Origin: a virus
Taxonomy: Duplodnaviria; Heunggongvirae; Uroviricota; Caudoviricetes
DNA: 41,073 bases
IMG/VR virus record: IMGVR_UViG_2537561979_000009
Span: 1-41,073 of that record
Direction: 5' to 3' (one strand)
This document shows, piece after piece, positions 1 through 10,316 of the stretch. A program made the translations under genes and the position numbers. The notes beneath the pieces were generated by a model that saw only the letters and a list, made by a program, of their open reading frames with translations, had not been told where the DNA came from and did not search any database. Numbering within the stretch: position 1 is the first letter of the stretch; the number at the start of each line of letters is the position of its first letter.

Positions 1-588
1 CGTTCCACCTGTTTCACCTTTTGGTCCCTGTGGACCTGCCGGACCGCGTTCACCTGTTTCACCTTTTGGTCCCTGTGGACCTGCCGGGCCGCGTGCTCCT
101 GTTTCACCTTTTGGCCCCTGTGGCCCGGTAATGCCTCTTTCACCACGAGCGCCGGTATCCCCTTTCTCTCCTCGTGGTCCCCGGGCAGATGCTGCTCGTT
201 TCCGGGCTTCCTCCGCCTCAGATGCCGCGGACTCTGCTCTGTGCAGTATGGACTGCACCACAGCCTCCAGCTCTGACAACGCCTTCGGATAATAAGGAGC
301 ATCTTCCATCTCCATCAGAAATTTATTCAGTGTTCCCGGTGACGAATCCTCCCTGACCACGATATCTCCCACATACGAAGGACGGTAACCTTCTGTATTG
401 AGTGTCACCCTGTATATTCCTGGCTCCACATCCATACTGTAACTCCCCGTCTCTTCCGGCATGCCATAAGCCACTGTCGTGGCGATGACTGTCTCGCTGG
501 TTCTCTTCGCTTTCAGCTCAATAATGCATCCCGGTACCGGTTTTCCGGTTCCGTCCCTCAGCACGCCTGAAATTTTTACAGCCGCCAT
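1..588 (-). CDS. stf: Side tail fiber protein, N-terminal 196 codons only (ORF continues beyond position 1); collagen-like Gly-X-Y repeats
   Basis: Manual minus-strand translation from ATG at 586-588 gives [18 protein letters not shown]..., resembling the lambda Stf N-terminus, then [16 protein letters not shown] repeats; GGAG Shine-Dalgarno upstream; open to base 1. Confidence 0.75.
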   Translation of the reverse strand, partial: MAAVKISGVLRDGTGKPVPGCIIELKAKRTSETVIATTVAYGMPEETGSYSMDVEPGIYRVTLNTEGYRPSYVGDIVVREDSSPGTLNKFLMEMEDAPYYPKALSELEAVVQSILHRAESAASEAEEARKRAASARGPRGEKGDTGARGERGITGPQGPKGETGARGPAGPQGPKGETGERGPAGPQGPKGETGGT

Positions 589-660
589 ACTCGCTCCATA
601 AAAAATAATCCCGCAAAATTGCGGGCGTCGTCATTCATTTACAATCGGGTGTTTTTATGA

Positions 661-906
661 TTACTTCACGCACGAAACTTTCGTAAACATATCTTCACTC
701 ACCCACTGACCATAAAATCTCGGAGCTGATACTTTATACACAGTGCCGCTTTTCGTTTCTATTTTCCCTGTAAGATCTACCGTATAAGCTCGCTGTAAAA
801 CCCCGGGACTCAGCACACCGGTGCACCGGACTCTCTCCGTAACGGAACTGTACCCCGCGCAACCTGATACAAGAAACAGCAAAAAAGTGCAGACGATTAT
901 TTTCAT
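661..906 (-). CDS. Small lipoprotein, Cor-like (possible superinfection exclusion), 81 aa
   Basis: Signal peptide plus lipobox (LVSGC); GAGGG Shine-Dalgarno 9 nt upstream; sits between the J module and the side tail fiber, where cor lies in phi80/N15/HK022-type phages. Assignment is by position and architecture, not verified homology. Confidence 0.45.
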   Translation of the reverse strand: MKIIVCTFLLFLVSGCAGYSSVTERVRCTGVLSPGVLQRAYTVDLTGKIETKSGTVYKVSAPRFYGQWVSEDMFTKVSCVK

Positions 907-927
907 TACATGCCCTCAACATAACTA

Positions 928-1590
928 TCAGTACGCATCATAAATTTCTGCATTTATGTAATAACAGAGGTTATTAACAACACCTGAATTATCATTGGGC
1001 GCCGCTACGTTATCTTCAGCAAAAGTTGACTGACGCCATAACTGTGAGTTTCTGGCATTAAAACTGGCGGTATACCAGTAATAACTCTCCCCTTCCTGAA
1101 CTGTCGTCCACTGGGTACACCCCGGCATTACGGCCACATCATGTCCCACACTGATCGGTACATCCTTTTCCCATATTCGCGTCATTTTTACTTCCAGTGG
1201 CAGCATTTCCGTGTTCCAGACCACCCTGCCATGACTGTCGCACAACTGTATTCCCCATTGCGGCCATACATTCACCATGTTGGCAAAAACATAAACAACA
1301 TATGTGCTGTCCTGTTCCATGCCCGGCTCCTGCCCTGTACCAGCGCTGAAAATGTCATACTGCCAGGTACCGTTAAGCTGAACCATTTCACCATGGAAGG
1401 ACTGATTACCGCTTATCTGTTTAATAAAAATCACGCAACGATAATTCGTCGGCACCCCGGTGTCGATAAACTGCATCACCGCATCACGCGCACTCAGTGT
1501 GAAATGAAAACGGCGCACAAGGTTCAGTGGCGGCGCAACAGGTGATATCCATTCTCTCCCCCGCTCATCAGTTAATTTAAGTGCAAACAT
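928..1590 (-). CDS. Hypothetical protein, 220 aa, in host-range module downstream of J
   Basis: Long ORF whose start overlaps the stop of the upstream 86-aa ORF; not recognised. Confidence 0.5.
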   Translation of the reverse strand: MFALKLTDERGREWISPVAPPLNLVRRFHFTLSARDAVMQFIDTGVPTNYRCVIFIKQISGNQSFHGEMVQLNGTWQYDIFSAGTGQEPGMEQDSTYVVYVFANMVNVWPQWGIQLCDSHGRVVWNTEMLPLEVKMTRIWEKDVPISVGHDVAVMPGCTQWTTVQEGESYYWYTASFNARNSQLWRQSTFAEDNVAAPNDNSGVVNNLCYYINAEIYDAY

Positions 1591-1850
1591 CAGATCCCCC
1601 TTATCATGACCAGCACGGGTCTTAACCAGCTTGTGTTGGCATAGTGCACTGTCCAGCCGGATACACTGGCACTGGTATGACTTCCCTGACCGTTAATCAG
1701 AATGGCCGGTGAACAGACTTCCAGACGCCAGCCCTGCAAAGGAGTATAAGAACGCTGCCCCGTCCCTTCAGTGATCACATCCAGCACCCCTGTTGGGTTT
1801 ATTTCATGTGTCACAAGGCGCCCTTTGCGCCATACCCGGACTCCGAACAT
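1590..1850 (-). CDS. Hypothetical protein, 86 aa, start overlapping the J stop
   Basis: Start overlaps J stop and its stop overlaps the next ORF start; not recognised. Confidence 0.45.
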   Translation of the reverse strand: MFGVRVWRKGRLVTHEINPTGVLDVITEGTGQRSYTPLQGWRLEVCSPAILINGQGSHTSASVSGWTVHYANTSWLRPVLVMIRGI

Positions 1851-4800
1851 TACAGTCTCCCCAGTCGTACTCTTAACACATTGTTATCGTCATATACGTC
1901 GATTCGCTCGCCATTGAAAAACAGGCGGCCTGCGCCGGGCCTTCCTGAGTTAATTTCAAGGCTGCCGTTTCTTGATAAACGCCACCCCGGACTACCGGAA
2001 TGAAAATTATCTGACCGGATATCTCCCGTCACTCTGGCAAAATCCACGGTCAGTTTTTTCATGAAAACATCATTCATGAACAGCTGATCACCCTGAGCCA
2101 CAAACAAAGGTGTTGTATTGCCATTTTCCGGGTTAATCATCGCAATACGATCTGCCTGCATCAGGATCTGACTCTGAATTCCGTCAGACGTATTTTCGAT
2201 TCCGGCACCAATACCTGCAATATAGAGACGTCCATCCCGTGTCTGCTGCAGCTTCACAGCCCACATGCTGTTCAGGTTCCGGCGCGTGTCCTCCTGAACT
2301 TTCTGTATCTGCTCAATGCTGGCATTCCAGGATCCCAGTTTTTTATCCGTGCTCTGTTTGATCTGACTTCCCTTATCATCAACATACTGTCTGATCTGCG
2401 CTATCTGTCGGCTGTTCTCCTCCGTGCTCCTGCTTACTGTCTGCCGGATTTCGCTTCCCATCCTGTCAACTTTTCTGTCAACTTCCGCAATGGCCATTGA
2501 CTGTTCAGCGCTCTTTTTCGCCACAACAGTACTTATTTGCGCACTTTTATCATCAACATACTGCCTGACCTGCGCTATCTGTCGGCTGTTCTCCTCCGTG
2601 CTCCTGCTCACTGTCTGCCGGATTTCACTGCTCACGCTGTCAACTTTCCTGTCGACTTTCGCAATGGCCAGCGACTGTTCACCGCTCTTTTTCGCCACCA
2701 GTTCCGTTATGCTGTTTTCAGACGCCGTGATTTTTTTCGTCACCCCGGCGATATCACGCTCCGCACGCTGCCTCACATCTTTCTCCAGCTGCGTCATTTC
2801 GCGGTTAATCTCATTCTCCAGTTGCTCAACTTCAGTGCGCCGTGCAGAGGCATCAATGCGTTCATTGATCTCCCGTCCCAGATGCGTTTTATTTATCGCC
2901 CCCCTGAAAAAATTAAGGTAAGCGGCAGGATCATTACTCGGTTGACCGACTGCCTCCACGAATGCCGATTTACCGACAGTGTTAACACTGCGGATATAAA
3001 AGTAATAATCATGACCAGGCTTAATATTCTGGCCGGAGACAAGCCACTGAGTTCCGGTACCAAGATAACGGGCTGTGGTTTCAACCTGCCTGATATCGGT
3101 AATCCGCTTTTCCGAAAACCAGAACTCAAACTGTACCGTCGGATCATAAACGGCAAGATGCGGCGTGGCGGTTATCTGAAAATAGCCCGGCGTCAGCTCA
3201 ATCCGCGACGGCGCTGCCGGTGCGGCAATCCGGAACGATACCGACGCCGGGTCTCCCTGCTGCCCCCGGGCATTTACTGCCCGGACTGTCAGCCTGTAGT
3301 TCCCCGGTGCCAGCTGCCTGAAGCGGTATGTGGTTTCCGTCGTCCGGGCCGTGCTGACCAGCCGCTCACTGCCGTCATCCGCTGCCACGGTCAGGCGAAG
3401 CATGAAACTCACGCCTTTCACCACCTTCGGCGTGTCCCAGCGGGCCAGTACCTGATACTCCCCGCTGTCTGCGGTGACTTCGACAGTCAGGTGCTGCACT
3501 GCTGGCGGCGTGACACCATTCACCGTGCCGCTCTGGTCACCGTCAAAGTGTGCCCCGTTATCCACGATGCCCTCTTTTTCCGGTACATGCTGCACGGCAG
3601 TGATGGCATACGTGCCGTCGTCGTTCTCACGGATACTCACGCAGCGGAACAGGCGCTGGCGCAGCGTCGGCAGCTTCAGCCCCCACACGCTGTACTCGGC
3701 AACGCCGTCAGGAACCCGGCTCACTTTTACCTTCACGCCGTCGGTGACGGACTGAACCTCCACGCTGACCGGATTGCCACTTCCGTCAACCAGACTTATC
3801 AGCGTGGTACCGGAGGATGGCAGCGTGATTTCACGGTCGAGCGTCAGCGTCCGGGTCTGGCTGTTCACCGCCAGCACACGACCACCGGTGCTGATACCGG
3901 CATAGTCATCATCACAGATTTCAATGACATCGCCCGGTACATGGCGAAGCCCTTCAGCACCCACGCTGAAATCCACGGTCTGCGTCTCCAGCAGTTCTGT
4001 TTTAATCAGCCACAGCCCGGCGCGGTGTGCCTGCCCCCGGCTGGTACAGCCAAAGGCATCCATCTTCGTGACGTTACGACCGTAACGGGCAATGGCCTGC
4101 GTGTCCTCCACAAGCTCTGTCGCCGTCTCCTGGCCGTTATCCGGGTCACTCCAGTTCACCTCAACGGCATTATGGCGGTCCTTCAGGGCGCTGAAGCTGT
4201 AGCGGAACGGCGCGCCATCATCCGGCATCACCACATTACTGCGGTTATAGGTCCACACCTTATCCGACGGCCGGTCCTGCACGAACGTCAGCGTCTGCCC
4301 GTTCCATACCGGCATACAGCGCATCGCCGAGCAGAAATCACTGAGCACATCCCACGCCTTGCGCTGTGTGGTCAGCCAGGCATTACAGGTGATGCGCGGC
4401 TCCGTGCCACCAGAGCCGTCCGGCACCGACTGGTCGCAGTACTGGCCGATAACATACAGCGCCCATTTGTCCACATCCGCTGCGCCAACACGTTTCCCCA
4501 TGCCGTAGCGCGGGTGGGTCAGCATATCCCACAGACACCAGGCCGGGTTATCGCTGTATGCCGGTTTAAACGTTCCGTCCCAGATACCGCTGTATTGCCG
4601 CGTCTGCGGGTTATAGTTCGACGGCACCTGCAGAATGCGCCCGCGAAAATGATAATTACGGCTCACCTGCTGGCTGCCGAACTGCTCCGAATCCACCTGC
4701 ACACCGACCAGTGCCGTGTTCGGGTAGCACTGTTTCACATCGATGATTTCGGTGTATGACGACCAGAGCGTTTTGTTCTGCAGCTGGTCTGTGGTGCTGT

Positions 4801-5359
4801 CCGGCGTCATCCTGCGCATCCGGATACTGAACGGGCGCGGAGGCAGGTTACCCACCACCACCGAGGCCAGATACTGCGAGGTGGTTTTGCCCTTAATGGT
4901 GATGTCTTTTTCCGTCACCCAGCCACCGTTACGCTGTATCTGAACCAGCAGGCGGACTTCCGACGGATTCCGGTCCCCCTTTGAGGTGGTTTCCACCAGT
5001 GCCTGCACACCGAAGGTCAGGCGCAGACGGTCGATGTTTGCCGACGTGATGGTCCGGGTAATCGGCGTGTCGTACTTCACTTCCGTACCCAGCACCGTCT
5101 CGGAGCCGGAGGATTCAAATCCCTCCGGCGGCGTCTGCTCCTGCTCACCTGACCGGAACACCACCGTGACGCCGGATATATTGGTATTCCCCTCACTGTC
5201 CAGCACCGGCGTACCGTTCAGCAGCACGCTTTTTAATCCATCCACCGGTCCTTGTATCGGCCCTTCGCTGATGACATCGATCACACTCAGCAACTGCGTG
5301 GACTTCAGGTTGTCCTTCGCTTCGCGCGGGGTATGCCCCTTACTGCTGCCTTTACCCAT
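1850..5359 (-). CDS. J: Tail tip host specificity protein J, 1169 aa, with a non-lambda C-terminal region
   Basis: N-terminus [24 protein letters not shown] and most of the length match lambda J as I recall it; the last ~300 aa diverge and contain an internal duplication. Confidence 0.93.
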   Translation of the reverse strand: MGKGSSKGHTPREAKDNLKSTQLLSVIDVISEGPIQGPVDGLKSVLLNGTPVLDSEGNTNISGVTVVFRSGEQEQTPPEGFESSGSETVLGTEVKYDTPITRTITSANIDRLRLTFGVQALVETTSKGDRNPSEVRLLVQIQRNGGWVTEKDITIKGKTTSQYLASVVVGNLPPRPFSIRMRRMTPDSTTDQLQNKTLWSSYTEIIDVKQCYPNTALVGVQVDSEQFGSQQVSRNYHFRGRILQVPSNYNPQTRQYSGIWDGTFKPAYSDNPAWCLWDMLTHPRYGMGKRVGAADVDKWALYVIGQYCDQSVPDGSGGTEPRITCNAWLTTQRKAWDVLSDFCSAMRCMPVWNGQTLTFVQDRPSDKVWTYNRSNVVMPDDGAPFRYSFSALKDRHNAVEVNWSDPDNGQETATELVEDTQAIARYGRNVTKMDAFGCTSRGQAHRAGLWLIKTELLETQTVDFSVGAEGLRHVPGDVIEICDDDYAGISTGGRVLAVNSQTRTLTLDREITLPSSGTTLISLVDGSGNPVSVEVQSVTDGVKVKVSRVPDGVAEYSVWGLKLPTLRQRLFRCVSIRENDDGTYAITAVQHVPEKEGIVDNGAHFDGDQSGTVNGVTPPAVQHLTVEVTADSGEYQVLARWDTPKVVKGVSFMLRLTVAADDGSERLVSTARTTETTYRFRQLAPGNYRLTVRAVNARGQQGDPASVSFRIAAPAAPSRIELTPGYFQITATPHLAVYDPTVQFEFWFSEKRITDIRQVETTARYLGTGTQWLVSGQNIKPGHDYYFYIRSVNTVGKSAFVEAVGQPSNDPAAYLNFFRGAINKTHLGREINERIDASARRTEVEQLENEINREMTQLEKDVRQRAERDIAGVTKKITASENSITELVAKKSGEQSLAIAKVDRKVDSVSSEIRQTVSRSTEENSRQIAQVRQYVDDKSAQISTVVAKKSAEQSMAIAEVDRKVDRMGSEIRQTVSRSTEENSRQIAQIRQYVDDKGSQIKQSTDKKLGSWNASIEQIQKVQEDTRRNLNSMWAVKLQQTRDGRLYIAGIGAGIENTSDGIQSQILMQADRIAMINPENGNTTPLFVAQGDQLFMNDVFMKKLTVDFARVTGDIRSDNFHSGSPGWRLSRNGSLEINSGRPGAGRLFFNGERIDVYDDNNVLRVRLGRL

Positions 5360-5419
5360 TCGTCATGCTCCATAAACGACAAAACCGCCCGGAGGCGGTT
5401 TCACATAAAACATTTTGCA

Positions 5420-6067
5420 TCAGCGACCAATCACCACAACCCGGACGCCATCCCCCTCATCCGCTGTGCTGATCTCCTGCGAAATTACCAGTGACCCCAC
5501 GCGCATTTCACCGTACAGAACGGGCAGAGCATTCCCCTGGGCAACCATGTTTTCCAGTGAGGAGAAATAGGTGTTCTGTTTGCCGTTATCCGTGGCTGAT
5601 ACTCCGGGCATTCTGGCTTTCGGTGCCAGCATCTGCGCCACACCACCGAGCACCATACTGGCCCCTGCCGCATACATGCCCGATAAAGCCGCAGCCCCCA
5701 GCCAGCCTGCAGGGTTCCACCATGCCACCGCAATCAGCGCCGCGCCCAGCACTGCCTGAAACACACCACCACGTTTGGCTCCCGCCAGACGCGGCACGAT
5801 GTGGATCACGGCACCATTTGCCAGCGGTTCATTAAGACGGGCTGATAATTCGTTTTCGCCTGTATCACGCCCGGCAATACGCACCTGATACCAGCCGTCG
5901 CTCAGTTTCTGACGAAACGCCGGGAGCTGCGTGGCCAGCGCCCGGATGGCTTCGGCTCCCGTTTTCACACGAAGGTCGATGCGGCGGCCAAATCGTTGCA
6001 AATCCCCGTAAAGGCAGATGCGTGCCATGCCCGGTGACGCCAGAGGGAGTGTGTGCGTCGCTGCCAT
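5420..6067 (-). CDS. I: Tail tip assembly protein I
   Basis: 215-aa ORF in the lambda I position; overlaps K by 103 nt, the same overlap I recall for lambda K/I. Confidence 0.9.
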   Translation of the reverse strand: MAATHTLPLASPGMARICLYGDLQRFGRRIDLRVKTGAEAIRALATQLPAFRQKLSDGWYQVRIAGRDTGENELSARLNEPLANGAVIHIVPRLAGAKRGGVFQAVLGAALIAVAWWNPAGWLGAAALSGMYAAGASMVLGGVAQMLAPKARMPGVSATDNGKQNTYFSSLENMVAQGNALPVLYGEMRVGSLVISQEISTADEGDGVRVVVIGR

Positions 6068-6708
6068 TTGTCGGTATACCTCTCTCGTTTGCTCAGTTGT
6101 TCAGGAATATGGTGCAGCAGCCCGCCGTCGCCGCAGTAAATGGCGGCATGATTCGGCACCGATGAACCAAAACAGCACAGCAGCACGTCGCCGGGCTGCG
6201 CCTCTGTCAGTGCGACACGGTAAAAACCAGTCGCCTCCATATTGTCAAGATAGAGATTCTGACCTGATTTCCACCAGTCATCATATCGGTAAAAATCCGG
6301 CAAATCGATACCTGCAAGATGATAGGCATCGCGGAACAGCGTATAACAGTCCGTCACCCCGTGCTCAAAGCACCGCCCGGTGAGATGCGGCACACAGCGG
6401 AACTTGTGAATCGCCCCCCGGCAGACCAGCCACCACGGCAAATCACTCTGCACCTGCAGCCGCCGGTCGGCCTCACTCAGCCAGGGCAGACCACCGGGGT
6501 GACTGTGGACCAGTGCCACAATCTCACCCTGCATCTCTGCCTGCAGCCAGTCCTCCGGCGACATCCGGAAATACGCCTCCGGCTCACCGGAGATATTCAC
6601 GCAGGGGAAATATCTTTCCCCCTCCGGCGCTCTCACCACGAAGCCGCACGACTCCGCTGGCGCACATCGCCGGGCGTGCGCCAGAATCGCTGATTCTGTC
6701 TCTGTCAT
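5965..6708 (-). CDS. K: Tail tip assembly protein K (MPN/JAB plus NlpC/P60 domains)
   Basis: HSHPGG JAMM-like motif and a C-terminal Cys/His NlpC/P60-like region; start taken at MTETES just after the L stop. Lambda K is annotated shorter, so an internal start near 6564 (MSPEDW) is an alternative. Confidence 0.85.
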   Translation of the reverse strand: MTETESAILAHARRCAPAESCGFVVRAPEGERYFPCVNISGEPEAYFRMSPEDWLQAEMQGEIVALVHSHPGGLPWLSEADRRLQVQSDLPWWLVCRGAIHKFRCVPHLTGRCFEHGVTDCYTLFRDAYHLAGIDLPDFYRYDDWWKSGQNLYLDNMEATGFYRVALTEAQPGDVLLCCFGSSVPNHAAIYCGDGGLLHHIPEQLSKRERYTDKWQRRTHSLWRHRAWHASAFTGICNDLAAASTFV

Positions 6709-6712
6709 GGAA

Positions 6713-7411
6713 TTACTGCGAAAGTTTGTGAATGGAAAGGAAGCCGCCAAAGTTGCCGACGTTATTGCGGAACTTACAGCCGCTCAGGCATTTGCTGCAT
6801 TTATCCTTCGTGATATCGGACGTTGGCTGGTCATATTCATCCGCGACCGCCGGACCGCTATAACCGCACTCATCGCCGCGATAGGTCCAGGTGCAGGTGT
6901 TGGCCAGCATGATACGTCCCGGAAAAACAGCGCCGTCCGTTTCCGTCGGCGTGGCCAGTACAAAGGTCGCGCTGACCGCTGTCAAATCACTGCACTGCTC
7001 GATGCGCCAGCGGCTGATAACCTCCTGCTCCGGATCGGCGTCACTGTTTCCGTTGACGAAGTTCACCGCATCCAGAAAACGGGCATAAACCTTACGCCGG
7101 ACCACCGTTCCGCCGACCAGACTCTGCATATCTTCCACCATACCGGTGACCATACCGTACAGGTTAGAAACCGTCAGCGTGGGGCGCGTACTGGTGCCTT
7201 TGCCATTCAGTTCAAAACCACTCCCCTGAATGGGATACGGCTGATACTGCCGCTCCTGCCAGGTGACCGGCTCACCTTTTTCGTTCTGCTCATTACAGAA
7301 AAAATAACGTTCGCCACCGACCTCTGTCAGATCGATTTCCCAGAGCACCACGCTGGCCGACTGCTCCGCACGGGTGCATTCATTCAGTGTTTCCTGCCGG
7401 ATATCCTGCAT
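6713..7411 (-). CDS. L: Tail tip protein L
   Basis: 232 aa, MQDIRQETLNECTRAEQSASVVLWEIDL..., lambda L-like. Confidence 0.93.
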   Translation of the reverse strand: MQDIRQETLNECTRAEQSASVVLWEIDLTEVGGERYFFCNEQNEKGEPVTWQERQYQPYPIQGSGFELNGKGTSTRPTLTVSNLYGMVTGMVEDMQSLVGGTVVRRKVYARFLDAVNFVNGNSDADPEQEVISRWRIEQCSDLTAVSATFVLATPTETDGAVFPGRIMLANTCTWTYRGDECGYSGPAVADEYDQPTSDITKDKCSKCLSGCKFRNNVGNFGGFLSIHKLSQ

Positions 7412-7740
7412 CAGTTCACCACCTGTTCAAACTCTGCGCTGAACTCAACACGCAGCATACTGACCCGCGACGACCATTTTGCGCAGGTCACCTTTATCTG
7501 CCGCCACTCATAAGGCGGCGTCCACAGAAAGGATTTCCAGCCCCCGTGCTCAGCCAGAAACGACTCCAGCGCCGTGGCCTCCCAACGGGGGACAGAAAGC
7601 GTCACGCTGTACGTTTTCAGGTTGGCATTCAGCCCGGCAGGCGCTCGCTGGGAATAGCCATCACCAAAGCGCACCTTTCTTACGGAAGGGGCCGAAGCCA
7701 CATCCATACCGGGTTTCACTTTCCAGCGGAAGGTTTTCAT
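7411..7740 (-). CDS. M: Tail tip protein M
   Basis: 109 aa, same length and position as lambda M. Confidence 0.92.
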   Translation of the reverse strand: MKTFRWKVKPGMDVASAPSVRKVRFGDGYSQRAPAGLNANLKTYSVTLSVPRWEATALESFLAEHGGWKSFLWTPPYEWRQIKVTCAKWSSRVSMLRVEFSAEFEQVVN

Positions 7741-10316
7741 CGTCCACCTCCGGAGAACAGACCACCATCACGCATCTGTGTCTGAATTTCATCACGGGCA
7801 CCCTTGCGGGCCATGTCATACACCGCCTTCAGCATCTGTGGACCTGGCAGACCATTCGTACCGTCGTTCTGAATCACCACGTTGTTGTTCTGCTCAAACC
7901 TGATACCCTCTGAACGCCGCATTTGTGCCGGACTTCCGGTGCCACCGACATAACCACCAGTGGCATAGCCGCGCATCAGCCGGTAGAGATTTCCCACGCC
8001 AATCCGGCTGGTTGCCTCCTTCGTGAAGACAAACTCACCACGGTGAACAATCCCCGCTGGCTCATATTTGCCGCCGGTTCCCGTAAATCCCCCGGTCGCA
8101 AAATGGAATTTCGCCGCAGCGGCCTGAATGGCTGTACCGCCTGACGCGGATGCTCCACCACCGGCAGCACCGCCAATGGCGCTGCCGATACTCCCGACAA
8201 TCCCCACCATTGCCTGCTTAAGCAGAATTTCTGTCATCATGGACAGCACGGAACGGGTGAAGCTGCGCCAGTTCTGCTCACTGCCGGTCAGCATCGCCGC
8301 CATATTCTGTGCAATACCATCAAAGGTCTGCGTGGCTGCACTTTTAACCTGCGACATACTGTCCGTGGCGCTCTCTTCCCACTCACTCCAGCCGGACTTC
8401 AGGCCTGCCATCCAGCTCCCGCGAAGCTGGTCTTCAGCCGCCCAGGTCTTTTTCTGCTCTGACATGACGTTATTCAGCGCCAGCGGATTATCGCCATACT
8501 GTTCCTTCAGACGCTGTTCTGTGGCTTCCCGCGCTGCCTGCCGGTCAGTCAGCCCCCGGCTTTTCGCATCAATGGCGGCCCGTTTTGCCCGTTGCTGCTG
8601 TGCGAATTTATCCGCCTGCTGCGCCAGCGCGTTCAGGCGCTCCTGATACGTAACCTTGTCGCCAAGTGCAGCCAGCTGGCGTTTGTACTCCAGCGTCTCA
8701 TCTTTATGCGCCAGCAGGGATTTCTCCTGTGCGGACAGCTGGCGACGTTGTGCCGCCTCCTCCAGTACCGCGAACTGACTCTCCGCCTTCCACAAATCCC
8801 GGCGCTGCTGGCTGATTTTCTCATTCGCTCCGGCATGCTTCTCCAGCGTCCGGAGTTCAGCCTGAAGCGTCAGCAGGGCAGCATGAGCACTGTCTTCCTG
8901 ACGATCGCCCGCAGACACCTTCACGCCGGACTGTTTCGGCTTTTTCAGCGTCGCTTCATAGTCCTTTTTCGCCGCCGCCATCAGCGTGTTGTAATCTGCC
9001 TGCAGGATTTTCCCGTCTTTCAGTGCCTTGTTCAGTTCTTCCTGACGGGCGGTATATTTCTCCAGCGGCGTCTGCAGCCGTTCGTAAGCCTTCTGCGCCT
9101 CTTCGGTATATTTCAGCCGTGATGCCTCAGACTCGGCCCAGTCCTTTGCTGCCATCTCTCTGGCCTTTTCAAGATCGGCCTGCAACGTGGCGGCTGAAAG
9201 CCCAAGTTGCGCATTCGCTCTGTCCTCCCATGCTCCCCGGAGATTGGCAAGAAATGCTGAGGTTTTACCGCGCCGGTGGCTCCGGCTCTGATACCACTGC
9301 CATTTTTTATCCGCTTCATCAAAAGCCTTTTCAGCTTTGGCGAGCATATCTGCAGAGGAGTCCGGACGACCAATATCCAGCACCGAATCCCACATGGATT
9401 TGAATGCCCGTGCTGTCCTGTCTGCCCAGGTCTCCAGCGTGCCCATGTTCTCTTTCAGGCGGCGGGTCTGGTCATCAAACCCTTTCGTTGCGGCCTCGTT
9501 CGCCGCCTGCAATGCCCCGGCTTCATCTCCGGAACGCTGCAACTGAGCAACATACGCAATCTGCTCCGCCGTCACGTTATGGAACTGACGTGCCATCGCT
9601 GTCAGTCCCGACGTCGGGTCTGTGGTCAGCTTCCCGAAGGCTTCAGCGACCTTGTCCACCTCCACGCCGGATGCAGAGGAGAAACGCGCCACACTCTGGC
9701 TGATGGATGCAATCTGAGCCTCACCGCTTACTCCCGCCTTAACCAGTGCGCTGAGTGACTCGCTGGTCTGGTTAAACGTCAGCCCTGCCGCCTGCCCGGC
9801 TCTGGACAGGACCAGCATACGATCTGCCGTCAGTCCCGACTGATTGCCGGAAAGGACCAGCGTTTTGTTGAAATCGGACAGGGTTGAGTTGCCCTGATAC
9901 CAGGCATACGCCAGCGCACCGGTTGCCACCGCCAGCGAGGTGGCCCCGACCATCGGCAGGGTGATCGCACCGGCAAGCCCCCTGAACATGGGGATCATCC
10001 CGCCGAAGGAGTCCTTCACCTGACCACCCTGTTGCAGCAGGATCAGCCACGGGTTCTGCCCGCCTGCAAGCTGCGTGGCCACGTCAGTGAACTGTGCAGG
10101 CAGCATACGCATGGCGGCTTTATACTGCCCGACGGAAATCCCCGCTTTCTGTGCAGCCAGCGCCTGTCGGCTCAGCGACTGTTCAACGACTGCCGCTGTT
10201 TTTTTCGCATCACTTTCCGTACCGGAAAAATGACGCCTGACTCTGGCCATCTGCTCGTCAAATCTGGCCGCATCCAGACTTAAATCAACGACCAGATCGC
10301 CTACCGGTTCAGCCAT
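7737..10316 (-). CDS. H: Tail tape measure protein H
   Basis: 859 aa, coiled-coil rich, lambda H-like order and length. Confidence 0.93.
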   Translation of the reverse strand: MAEPVGDLVVDLSLDAARFDEQMARVRRHFSGTESDAKKTAAVVEQSLSRQALAAQKAGISVGQYKAAMRMLPAQFTDVATQLAGGQNPWLILLQQGGQVKDSFGGMIPMFRGLAGAITLPMVGATSLAVATGALAYAWYQGNSTLSDFNKTLVLSGNQSGLTADRMLVLSRAGQAAGLTFNQTSESLSALVKAGVSGEAQIASISQSVARFSSASGVEVDKVAEAFGKLTTDPTSGLTAMARQFHNVTAEQIAYVAQLQRSGDEAGALQAANEAATKGFDDQTRRLKENMGTLETWADRTARAFKSMWDSVLDIGRPDSSADMLAKAEKAFDEADKKWQWYQSRSHRRGKTSAFLANLRGAWEDRANAQLGLSAATLQADLEKAREMAAKDWAESEASRLKYTEEAQKAYERLQTPLEKYTARQEELNKALKDGKILQADYNTLMAAAKKDYEATLKKPKQSGVKVSAGDRQEDSAHAALLTLQAELRTLEKHAGANEKISQQRRDLWKAESQFAVLEEAAQRRQLSAQEKSLLAHKDETLEYKRQLAALGDKVTYQERLNALAQQADKFAQQQRAKRAAIDAKSRGLTDRQAAREATEQRLKEQYGDNPLALNNVMSEQKKTWAAEDQLRGSWMAGLKSGWSEWEESATDSMSQVKSAATQTFDGIAQNMAAMLTGSEQNWRSFTRSVLSMMTEILLKQAMVGIVGSIGSAIGGAAGGGASASGGTAIQAAAAKFHFATGGFTGTGGKYEPAGIVHRGEFVFTKEATSRIGVGNLYRLMRGYATGGYVGGTGSPAQMRRSEGIRFEQNNNVVIQNDGTNGLPGPQMLKAVYDMARKGARDEIQTQMRDGGLFSGGGR

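Noticed and set aside
1-160. Possible CRISPR-like repeat array
   Set aside because: The repeats are in-frame collagen-like coding repeats of the tail fibre with no unique spacers.
174-356. 60-aa plus-strand ORF
   Set aside because: Antisense to the side tail fibre N-terminus, whose minus-strand translation matches the lambda Stf start.
2537-4759. 740-aa plus-strand ORF (and other long plus-strand ORFs at 2424-2921, 3474-3755, 4986-5375)
   Set aside because: Antisense to J, which has unambiguous lambda J homology on the minus strand; Arg/His/Cys-rich composition typical of shadow ORFs in GC-rich coding DNA.
8128-9758. Several 120-180-aa plus-strand ORFs
   Set aside because: Antisense to the tape measure gene H; Cys/Leu/Arg-rich, no ribosome-binding sites; shadow ORFs.
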